This document shows positions 39,083-50,453 of a stretch of DNA of 64,000 nt, in pieces. A model generated the notes under the pieces. It did not search any database. It was not told the DNA's origin and worked only from the letters and a program-made list of their open reading frames with translations. Origin of the DNA: Klebsormidium nitens (taxonomy: Eukaryota > Plantae > Klebsormidiophyceae). The stretch's first letter is position 1, and the number at the start of each line of letters is the position of its first letter. The stretch lies in assembly GCA_000708835.1 (NCBI GenBank), contig DF236995.1, forward strand, positions 124,001 to 188,000. The letters run 5' to 3'. The position numbers and the translations under genes were made by a program.

Positions 39083-41911
39083 ATGAATTGCTCGGAGGAA
39101 GAGATTGCTGGCCTTGCCGCGCTGGTCTTTGACACGCGCCAGAGAGTCATCTCCATCCCGCTCGCGATCCTCTCCCCAAACTACTCATCTTCAATGGCGA
39201 GGATTGCTAAGTCTCTGCCGATCGCCATCAAGGCCTCCCCCTCCCGGGACCAGGAGAACAACAAAAGGGGGGCGCAGGAGCCAGAAGCGTCCCCTCGGAC
39301 TCCTCCCCTGGTCAAGGAGATCAAGAGGAATCGCTCTGTGTCTTCGACTCCGCAGACCCCCAACACGCCTGCGGTGAAAGTGGTCAAGTTCTCCGCTTCA
39401 AAGCCTTCCCCCAATGTTTTTGTTCCCCGGGAAGATGTTAAGGAAACTCCAAGGCAGAGACCGACGTCCGCGCTGCGCGAGTTGTTCAACAGTCCTGGGG
39501 CATCTAGTGCGCAGGTGAGGGTAACAATATTCAAGAGGGATTGACATGAGCTCCAGTTATATCGTTACTGAAGCTAAAACTGAGAAACTTTACCCCAATG
39601 TCTGCGCTTATGCTCACCTCACCCCTTCTAACCCCACCTGGTCTCGTAACCTGAGCTTATCACAAGTAGTCTGGACACTGATGTGAGGTATACCTCCTGT
39701 CCCGTCATCATTGATCATTGTTGTCCGTATCTAGCTTGGGGCAAACCAGCAGTTCTCTTCATAAACATTCGTTCTTCTACCGTTGGTAATGATTCGGAAT
39801 TCCTTCAGTCAGGGCTCCGATTGTTATTCCAATTTGTGACAATTGATTCATATCGCTGTATCCTTACCAATCAGGCGGTGATGGGACCCTTCAATCAGCC
39901 GTCTCAATTCTGAAAGCTTCAGATCTTTTGGCCCTTGCAGTTCCAAAGGCGTCCTTCCAGCGAGCTGATGTCAATCAAGGTGTCAGCACCAGAGGTGGAC
40001 TTGCCTCTGAGCCTGGTTGTTCCTAAGGACGCGTCGATCCTTTCTGTAATAGTCTCCATTCTCCATAAGCTAGATGGATCATCTGTGAGTGCCCAGCTCG
40101 ACAGCAGCGGCTTTGAGCTGAGGATGGTAAGGGACCCCGCACTCTTATGTCACATCATCCGCAGCATGTCTAGCTTCTTGTATGCTTGAGTACTGGCTTT
40201 GTTTACTTCCAGATAGTTGCTTTTACTTTCAATCAAAGAGCAGCTTCTTTTGAGTTTTGTATGAGCGCATGAGCGTACTGTTGTGTCACACACCATGTGC
40301 AGCATGTCAAGCTTCTTTTTTAGAGTAAGTATTGGTTTTGTTTATGCACAACTAGGTGCAATCATACATCGTACAATCATTCAAAATCCAACTTCCTTCA
40401 AGTCCAGTGTCAGCGCCACTGCCCCAAATCAGCTGACCCTTTGTACTAGTTCAGATCTGCACAGAACTGGCCCATGAAACGTGCTATATCTCATTCCTCC
40501 TCTTCCTGATTCCAGTAGATCTCTTGAAATGGGCTCTTGTTGATGAGAGATGTCCATTATGTAGCAATGCTTGATGTACGTGCTTGACCAACTCTCTTCC
40601 AAAGTTTGTTCAGGCATTTTGGTCGCAGGGAGCTCACAGCACCTCTTGCTTCTCTTCAATCACAATCTTCCATGGATAGAAACCCAAATAACCTTTCAAC
40701 AATTGCACACCTTCTTTGCACAGATTGACGCTTGAATGAGGTTTCATCTGACTCCGTATCCTTCGCGTTGCAGGTCGATGACGATGAGCCAGACATGGGC
40801 CTTCCCGCACTGGGTGCCAATCAGCAGATTGGCTCCTTCGGTTGCACCTTCTTTGCACTGGTCAAAAAGGCCGGCGCAACGAAATCTCCAAACCCTGCCT
40901 CTAAACCTGCTCCTGGGTTAAGAGAGGACCAGAGTGGCGCGAGCGCCCCTCTGCCGCTACAGTCAGAAGCGCACCCCCCTGCGCGGCAGGCAGAGCCGAG
41001 GGTCGCTACCGCCTCCTGCTTCCACTTTGACGAGTTTTCCGCGAGCATGTACAAAGAGTTTGACGTCGTTAAGGTTAACCGGCACGGGTTCCGGCAGCTC
41101 AGGAAGATGGGCATCGACCGGGATAAGATCTATAACCTGGCCCCCAAGGCTGTGGCGGACGGGGAGTCTGCCAAGAAGGGCGCCGGGCTGTTCGGCGGCC
41201 TTCTGTCGAGTAAAAGCGGGGCAGTGAAGAAGGTGGGCTTTCTGCCTCTCTGTTGAAGCGCCTAATGCTGAGCATGTCAGCAGCATCGACTTTGAGCAGC
41301 CCACTTTGTGCTGCTGACAACAGGTCTTCGGAAGCTTCGCGTTTTTTACCCAAAAACAATTGGTGCCTGCAAAAGTGATGTCTGATGTAAGGTGGAGAAG
41401 GGAAACAGATGAAGAATGTAAAGAATGTGCATGCTCTTGCTCTTGCGGGCTGCAATGTCGATGGGAGGGGGGCTTGTTTGATGTTGTGCTGCTTTCCTGT
41501 TGCAGAAGTCACGCCTCATCAGAGAAGTCCGGTCAATAGAGCCGGTAGAAGGTCAGCCGATGAGCATCAGCCTTGTCTACAATGAAAAGGGGGGCGAGAC
41601 GTCGACCTACGTCTTTGTTACGAACTCGGGGGAGGAAGCAGGTACGTCAATCAAGAAACAGTCGGCCAACAAGCTGAGGCTGCTTTGACCAGTTGGCAGC
41701 TTTCTATGCAAAGTCATTACGCTGTTTGACAGATCAGTCTCCGAAGGGAGACTTTCAGAAGGCTCTGCTACCAGACTTCGTATTGAGAGGTGTAGACTTT
41801 GATCAACTGCTCAACTACCAAGACTGCTATTGACACTCGTCTCCATTTCATGCAGCGGACATCATCGCTCGGGTGAGGTTTCTGCAACGTCTTCACATGA
41901 AAGGTCACTAG
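39083..41911 (+). CDS. SIN1: SIN1/Avo1/MAPKAP1-like TORC2 subunit (CRIM + PH domain), about 422 aa, 5 exons
   Basis: Exons 39083-39514, 39941-40126, 40774-41232, 41506-41641 and 41856-41911 are all GT-AG and in phase (1269 nt). CRIM-like motif FELRMVDDDEPDMGLPALGANQQIGSFGCTFFALVKK. PH-like motif YKEFDVVKVNRHGFRQLRKMGIDRDKIYN...YVFVTNSGEEAADIIARVRFL. The start codon is uncertain. Confidence 0.82.
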
Positions 41912-43224
41912 GCAACTCCGCCTTGTTGCTGCAAGTAGTAGGACACATATAACCAGGTAATTGAAAGGCTTGGCTGATGCCACTGAAAATGGTTAATCGA
42001 GACCTGGGGTAGATGTGCGCGAGCATGTTGCTGTATTTATATCTTCGCAGTCGGCAAAGTCAACTGTAATTTGGAGACAGAACACTGTCTAATGTATATT
42101 GGATGACAGGAAGCTAAAGCTGACACTAACTATCCGCTCCTAAATTGCATCCTCCAGCAGCGTTCTTCAAAAGCAGATTGATAAAGGCAGTTTCTATCTG
42201 CTGTTCAATCATGATGTCTGTACCAGATCGGCCACTGCATCCTTCAACAAATGATAATTGGCAGCATATCTCCGGTACAAGTCGAAAAGCTGGTAACGCT
42301 TTACAGACTTGCCTTGGTCATTGAGGTCGGGGGCCAGCTGAGCACTGTATCCTTAAATAACTTAACGGCATGTTCGAATCTTAAGCACTGAGAAACAGAC
42401 AAAATGCGAAGTAGCTATGCCACAACCAAAGACTCAGGTGCAGGATCGATTGGCAAATGCAGGTTCTTAGTACGGTTAGATGCCATAGGTTTGATCAAAC
42501 GAGTTGAGCACTGATTAAGCCCATGGGCCGCGGCCGCGCCGCCGCGGCTCCGATATACACCGACACATGGTCCATGGACCGATCCGCCCGGAACACGCGT
42601 GACCAACTTCTAATCTATATCCGATTTTAGTATGCGCAGTGCACATAAATATATACAGGATACCTGATCAGTCGGACTCGATCCGGCCGCGCCGGCCTGC
42701 GCCCATGATGCAGCATTATGTGCTGCACTCATGCGCCGGCCGGCCATGGTGGGACGGTCTGTACTAACTAACATCAAACAACGTTTCGGGCCGGCCGCCG
42801 ACTGGCAATCGCCGCGCAGGCTTTGCGCATATATATGCGCACAGCCATGCACCGTCTCGCCACATGAATCTCGGAGTCTGCCCTCGCTCGATCCGCCGCG
42901 GTGAGACATGCACTGACCAGCTTGCATTTGCCAGGCTCGGCTTGCGATTTAGTTTGTTTAGGCGCTGCGGCGGCACCAAGGCTGAGCCAGCTTCTCATGA
43001 TTGGATAGGCTGAACCAACTCGAAACATAAATGATCCGGGATCGACCATCCGCGGCTTTGCACAGTCCTGTCAAGGTCGTGCCAAAGAAAATCCTAACAG
43101 TGGCAGGCTCAATGGTCAATCGCAGGTAAGCGGCTCTTTCAAGTTTGTACACGCAAAGTGTACTGGCCCGGGCCCAGCCAGTATGCTCTCAAGAATTTCA
43201 CAACGTCCTTGTCGCGAACAGGTC

Positions 43225-46200
43225 TCAAAGTTGACCGAAAGAACCGTTCCCCCACTTGAAGGCCACCAGCAGCTTCTTCTCGAGTTCCTGAGAGAGGACG
43301 CGACACTCGACATCAGCTGTGCGGGTGAATATACAAGCTCAGTGCACGGTCTTTAGCGGACAAGCTCTACCTTAGAGTATGCAGTTGCAATTTGACGTCA
43401 TGAGCATAGTAGTGAGCAAAGTGCTAAAATCATACCACGTCGACTGACGTCAAAGAGCTTCTTTGCTTTTTCTTAATACTTCAAAAGTTACCTCTGCAAT
43501 CGAGCACACGGGCAATCTCAGGGTCCAGAAGCACGTGCTGGCTTGCGGTAGGAGGGTGCACGGGCTTTTCGCAGGCCCGGATCTCTTCTTGCACGATGCA
43601 CACGTACAGGAGACCACCTTGATCATGTGCTTCGGAGAGGCCTGCAAAACCGAAAGCCGTCAAAGGAATATCGTTATATAGGGGAACCAACTGGGAAAAG
43701 AAGAAGGCCTTTTCGCAGTGCGTTGCAACCAAGCCCGTTACCGAAGCACTCAAGTTTTGCATCAAGATAATCTTTCTCCATCTGCAGTCTTTGCCACTTT
43801 TCTGCCTGATCACTCCCGGAGCAACAACAACCGGTCGCTGATTCTCATACACCCGCTTGTGCTGCAGAAGATGGGAGAGAGACACCCTAGGAAGCATACA
43901 AGTTGGTATAACCGAAACAATCAATTCCGTTGCATTTCATCTAGAAAAAAAGACTCGAACTTACGTCTGGGTTTTTCAGACCGCCGATGGGCAGGACGCA
44001 CAGGCCCGTCGTGAACTTGAGGAAGTCGCTGAGCGTGCTCTGGTCCCAGGCGTCGAGCAGAGCGAGGAGCTGTTCCTTGTGGACCGCCTGCGAGAGCTCT
44101 CCCGGGGGGAAGTGGAGGAAGACGGCCACGTCTCGGCCGTTCATCACCTCTGTTCCGCACATGCGGTCCTGAAAGTCGAAATGAATTCTCATCAGCCTCG
44201 ACACTTCGTAAGTGTCAAACAACGAGAGCGTGACGGAACTTGACAAGGACAAAGAGTGCAAAAGTGTCTATGCAACTTCTCTGAGGTGATCTGTCTGCTT
44301 AAGTGGGGTATATCCCTTACCTCCAAGGCAGCGGGTGATAGAGTGCGAAGCTGGTCGTAGAGAGGACCGATCTGCGACATGCCCTCGCGGAGGGCCTCCA
44401 GCGCTTCCAGACGGCTGCAAAAGCGGCTGCTTGTCAAGGACATCGACAGGCCTTTCAAGCAGAACGTTTGTAAGATAACTAATGAAGCTTCTGACTTCAG
44501 GGAAAGCCCAGGACGAAAGGTCGAACTCCACAGACAATCGTCTTTGCAGTCCCGATGTGCAGCTAACTGCATCCTCATCAGGCGAAGAGGTGGATTATCA
44601 TCAGTCTCTGATGTTCATCCATCTTCAAGAGCTCAAGCCTTGCGAAATGATTCTTACCATCCCAGGAGCTTCTCGTAGACCATCTGGTCCACGAACTGTG
44701 CCCGGTTCTCAGAAGTGACGGCGTCCGCCGGGTCGCCGACCGAGTCGAAGGACAAGCACATGTTGTCGAGATCCTGAGCAAGAAAAGAAATCAGTCAGCA
44801 ACTTGTATCAATCACAAAGTGGTTTCACAACCTCCCCTTGAGCAGCAGTGAGGTTAGCGGACTCGCTATGTGCAGATATGCTGTCCGGTTTCGTACCTGT
44901 CTGGTCGTTTACGGAGAAAGGCAACTCACCTCAGAAGTAGCGGCCAGGATGCTTTCATACGAGCGTTTTAGTTGAGGGTCGAAGGACCCCAAATCGTCTG
45001 CGGGCAAAGAAATCGCATTCGTCGAAACGATGAAAGAGAAGAAGAATAGGTCGGCGGATGCACAGCCAAAGCAGAGGTGCTGTCTTCTGTGAAAGTTGAA
45101 GGACAGATTATGCTGGTTGTCCATGACTCGTGCTTACCGAGATCGAGGGGACAATCGAGGACGAACTTGAAGAAGGTGGAAGCTAGACGCCTTGGTAGAG
45201 GAACCTGTACAAGGATGCGGACTCATCCCTCTGTGCAACGAGGTCCGCGGGCGGAGTCTCTCGGCGTGCATGCATACGAAAGCAAGACCGCTCCGAGGAA
45301 GATTTGAGCACTCACAAAAAGTTGACACGTTACTTACCTGGTCCAGGATGCTCTTGATGAAGACCTTCCCTATCTGCAGAAACGTGTTTGCCCACTCTTT
45401 CTTGTCGGTGCCGGGCCCTGGAACATCGAAAAGTCTTGCTTTTTAATTGCATCAACAATTTTGTTAGCGAAGAGCTGCTTGACAAATCGACTTGGCAACC
45501 AAGCTATGCTTTTTCTTCTAGAAAGTTCAGAAGCTCAAACGAACACTCCAACTCTCAGAAATGTCAATCCTTGGTCGGGCTGATCACCGTGGCGTGAATG
45601 CCCGGCCTGCAGGCTGAGACTTCTCTGAGTCAGGCCGAGAACTTCTCTAAGTGTACAAGAAGAAGCAACGAAAGGCTCTTCATACCTCTCTCAGCCGGAA
45701 GCAGCGTGACCCGTTCAGAGCAGGAACGGCTGTCGTCGAGATCGACGGCACAACTAGTGAACAAGCCAACCTTCGGCTCGAAGGCAGCTAAGAAGAAACA
45801 GGTAAAAGAGCTCGGCTGTCAAGCCACCAGCATCCATTCCTGCAGAAGGAAGAAAACTCAAGTAAGAACGCAGTAAAAAGCCTTCAACCTTTGACGGTTT
45901 GCTTTGCATGATAGCAGCAGCACTTGCCGATGAGATCAGCGGAATGTATGAGTCCTCTTAGTACATACCTTCCTCTCCTTTGAATAGGACCGCAAAATCG
46001 TCAAGGAGTTCCTCTCCTGCATTCAGTTGGCAGCAGAACGTTTGAGTTAGAGATGATTGACAGTATTCTACCCTGTATCGGCCTGATTGCACCAATAATC
46101 TGCTCAAGCGCTGATGGGAAGGGAACAATTTTTCAAACTCTGCTCGCGAGTCAGTGGACAATCTGGTGCAGGCGGCACAGATCTATGTATAGTACCTTTC

Positions 46201-47743
46201 AGCTCCGAAAACAGCGCAATGATGCTCTCAACCATTCTGACCCGCTCAACCTGCATGCACGAGTGCTCAGCTATGAGTTGACAGCTGATGTTGAAATGCA
46301 TGATTTCAATCTGGAAAAGGTCTTCAAGACTTCTACATGAAGAGGAGAGTTTCCTCTCAAACGTCCTTAAATGGACAGGATTCACTACCTGCTTTTGCCG
46401 TCCCCTTGTTCGAACGCGCTTCTTCCGCTTCTCCTTCAGTTCCTGAATACTCTGGTCAACAATCGCCACTGCTGCACTTCCGAAGGCCTGCAATTGACAA
46501 TCAAATGAAGTTAATTACTACATAATTCATATGTCATGCAGTATTCTCACATAGCCCCAGTCCATCAGGGATGCATGGTGTTTCAAAAGGAACAATTGCT
46601 TCACCGATTGGAATCCAAAGACGGGACACAATGACTTGCCTGTGATGGGGACTGCACCTCCACCTTGGGAGCAGGCATGGAGGTTGACCCGTTCCGTTTG
46701 CCAGTCTGCCTTGGCCTGTGGTTTACTTGCCCCTCTTCAGATGTGATTTCTTCGACTTTCTGCTTGCCTTTGATGTCATTATTGACAGTTTGTTGTTCAG
46801 AAGGACCAGGAGCTTGCAACTTTCCTGCTTCATCAACACCCAAGCTAGAAGGATTGGCAGGCAAAGACGCATTGCTTCTGATAGACTTCCAACCTTTCAT
46901 GGCCTTTCGCAAGAGTTGCTGAACGTGTAGTGTCTTGGCTTGAGCTTTTCGTTCCATCTCCTGCTGCTGCAAGCGCTGCTGCTCCAGTTGCTCAAACACC
47001 TTCATGGCTGCTGCTAGCTTACGCTGCTCCCTCCTGGTATCTGACAGCGGTACTGCGACCGGCAGAGGTAAGGCTTTGCTTTTCATGGAGGCTTTGGAAT
47101 CTGCCTTCCGCTCAGTATCTGCATTTGCCCCCGCGCCTTCTTCCAGGACCTGAATACCAGGACTTTCTTCTGTGTTGAAAGGCAAGCCACTTCTTCCCTC
47201 AGGTAAGACACTTGTTGTTCCCTTCTCTACAGGACCTTGGGAACTGTCAGCTTCTTGAGGCCTGCCCAGCAGAGAAGCGCTCTCTGGTTTGTATTCTGAA
47301 GTGTCTGCCACAGCAACCTCTGCCTCCTTGGCTGATGCTGTTGTGGCATGATGCACATTCGGGGCCTGGCCTGCACCGATTGCTGCTATGGGTACGGGTC
47401 TGCTCTGTTGAGAAGCCTTTTTTGTCAGTTCTGTTGCATGTTTGGCAGAACGCTGGTTGGTAACATCTTTGAGTACTCTTTGTGCCTTGCCTGAGGTCAG
47501 CTTTGCTGCAGGCTTGTCCTTCGATTCAGATTCTCTCACATCCTTCTCGGCTTTCCTGCGAGCCTGATCAGACATGGTTCTGCTTAGTCGCATGGGCAGC
47601 TTATGAACAGCATTCTCTGCAATGCTCTCAGAAGTTTCTCTTGGACCTCCTGCCCCCTTCCTGTTAGGCTCCATTGCAATCCTGCTCTGCAAATCATGCA
47701 GCAAAGGCGCGCACTGACATCTTCTTCCTAGTTTGCGGACCAC
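43225..47743 (-). CDS. HECT-domain E3 ubiquitin ligase with a low-complexity N-terminus (5' exon structure approximate)
   Basis: Successive exons give VLFKGEEG, FLQIGKVFIKSILDQ, LASTFFKFVL, DLGSFDPQLKRSY, ENRAQFVDQMV, FLKFTTGLCVLPIGG and LPQASTCFWTLRLP (catalytic Cys). The last exon 43225-43287 reads ELEKKLLVAFKWGNGSFGQL*, with the conserved -4 Phe. ORF 46601-47743 is probably the N-terminal exon. Confidence 0.85.
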
Positions 47744-48426
47744 GCTCTGCGCAGCTGTATTGGCATGTTGTTGAATGCGTCACATGTCGCACCGCACTTC
47801 TACTTGTGCTGCTCAAGCGGAACCATCAGGTGCTTCTTTGACCAGGAACCTTCTGCTTTGCGCAGCAATGCATGTTGCTCTCAAGCTAAACTTGTGTGCC
47901 TCTGAGCAACCTTCTGAAAAGAGATGCACCACCGGTCCACAACATCTGATTTCCCTCAAAGCGCGATACCAAACAAACAACGCGCATTTCTTGACATGCG
48001 ACCAGCGCTCAGGAAATTAAATTTGCGCGTCTACTAGTATACTGACGCGCGCGTTGCAAGCTCCATTCTCACCCCTAATGCGGAACTTGGAGATGACTCC
48101 GTCTCATTGGAAAAACCTGCTTTATTCAACGTCAGTGTGGGACGGTGTTCTGAAAAGCAATGCGTCCTTACAAGTTACAGGAAAGAGGAAGATCGACCTT
48201 CCATTGGTGGACCTAAGGTGCCATCCGTGGCGAGATATGTATGTGGGAGAAGAGGAGGCATGTGTCTTTCTATCAAAATGCTCTGCAAAGTAGTTTAGAA
48301 CTGCGGCAGGTGGCCTGCACCAAAGAATGCTGACACGGGGGCAATCTGGTTTTGCGATACGCCGTTTGCTGTTTGGTGGTAGCGTACAAGGGTGGCAGCA
48401 AATTTGACGGAAGCTTATCGACAAAC

Positions 48427-50453
48427 ATGGCTACGCGAAGTCGGAGGGCAACACGTGGTAGCAATGAGGCAATGCTGCGTCAGTTCAACGATCAATTGCA
48501 AACAGCAAAACGACAGATCAGAGCTATTGCAGGTGAGCGGTTGGCACCACATTCAGGATATCAATCAACTCTAATTGGCGCTGTTCTGATGTTGGCTTTG
48601 CATGGCCAGACATCAGCTCTTTGCCACCCCGGCGATCAGTTGACTGGTTGTGTATCGCTGCTGGTCATCACATGAAGTTAGTTGATTCCAAATGCTGCGA
48701 GTTTATACAAAGAAATAGCAGACTTGTGAACCTTTGATACTTACACAGTCTGTCTAACACATCGTCTTGCAGGAGACGGCAACTGCATGTTCAGAGCAGC
48801 GGCTGACCAACTCTTTGATGATGACGACAGGCATATGGAAGTAAGAGAGGCGTCTTAAGCAAGCGCTTTTGTCGCAGCATTGCAGATTAGTTTACTCTGT
48901 GAAGGTACTTTTGGATCCATCAAGGTTCGATGTGAAGTTGAGGATGCAATGTATAAATGCTTACTGAACTAGGATTGATTTTGTGCTTTTCAAAGGTTTC
49001 TTCCAGATGTCTTGCAGTTCCAGCAAGCAGTCCCCCACATAGTACCATTGTACTTTGTGCAGGTACGGCAGCTAACAGTGGACTACATGCTGAAACATGA
49101 AGAAGAGTTCGTCTCCTTTCTTGCACCTGCGACAAGACCTGCATATAAGAAGGTACCGTCTCAACAGCATTGGTTGACTTGCATTGCACATCAATCGCAT
49201 AAGTGCTTGCAAAGAATAGTCACATCTTTATGCAGAAACGAACGCCGTCTGAGTGTAGCCTGCTCCATTTTTCTACTTCAGACTAGGTGGTTCGGAACAG
49301 AAACGACTGGTCTAGCACCATATCACGTAGTCGTGCATTTCCATGTGCAGTATTGTGCACTCATGCGCAAAGATGGACGCTGGGGAGGTAAGCCAGCTGA
49401 TGTCCCTCTGAACAAGCCTTCCCATCTTGTAAAGCCACCCACCCCTGTAGTGTCCGCCCCATTCCACTTATCCAAAGGTGTCTTACATCTTGTGTCTGCT
49501 ACCTTTCGAAAGATGGTCTTGCTGTTATGTAAATGATGCCACGGTTTTGTTTGGCAGGACACATTGAGCTCGCGGCTCTGTCAAAGGCATACAAGGTCTC
49601 CATAATTCTTCATCGACTTGGGGAGAAGCCAAAGTTGCTCATACAAAACGAAGGGGACACGAAAGAGATTCAACTGGCTTTTCATCAAAATATCAATGAG
49701 CACTACAACTCGGTGGTCAAAATCAGCGACAGCGAAGGGCGAGCAGCACGTGAGTATCTCTGACAAATTGCTTTTTGAACTTCGTCCATCTTTTTATGGA
49801 GGCCAGACTTTGATAGCCACCTAGCCAAGAATGAAGATTTCGCTCGTAAGAGGACGGGTATCCGAAGAGAGCTTGTCATCTTTGGTCACTTCCAGGGGAA
49901 AATCTTTGCTCATTCCAGGGGAAAATCGATGCGTAAAGTTTCGAAACGTAAGAGTTCAAACTGACCCTGCTATTGGACTCGCTCGGTTGGTCCAGCCTCA
50001 AGGAGAGCTGGGAAGGAGAACGTTTCACCGGCAGGGGAGCCCCTAAAGTCCGAAGCACCGGCAGTCTCTCGAGGTCGAAAGACGCAGAAGCAGGCAAAGG
50101 AAACGACACCATCTCCGCTTGGGAACCTCCCGCCCGCAAAGCCATCCCCTCTAGCAAGCACCCCAGATCTGACAGCAGAAGGAGCGTCAAAAAAGCTGCA
50201 TAACTTGCAGTTGTCAAGCGGAAAGCCGGCTGCCGCGGAGGATACTGACGTGGACCTGGATAGCATGACGCTAGACGAACTGAAAGGGCTTTATATCAGC
50301 ATGTTCGAGCAGAAAGGCAGGGGGAGAACCGTCCGGTGGTATAAAGAGCGTATCCTGGCAGGTAAAGGACAGGAAGAGCCGGCCACTATCTTGTCTGCTG
50401 ATCGGTTGATTGTCGGGCAGCCTGTCAAACAAAAGGGAGGGATTCTGTTTTGA
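48427..50453 (+). CDS. OTU-family deubiquitinase (3' end uncertain)
   Basis: Exons 48427-48532, 48773-48840, 49063-49152, 49351-49387 and 49558-49749. Catalytic motifs GDGNCMFRAAADQL, WGGHIELAALS and EHYNSV. Probable further exons at about 50050-50453. Confidence 0.9.

Noticed and set aside
40708-40721. 14-bp match (CACCTTCTTTGCAC) between SIN1 intron 2 and exon 3
   Set aside because: It is too short and does not include a splice site, so it was not counted as an exon-edge echo.
43450-43491. HECT protein ending at EVLRKSKEAL*
   Set aside because: A GTAACT donor at 43491 and a downstream exon (43225-43287) restore the canonical C-terminus with the -4 Phe, so the ligase is not truncated.
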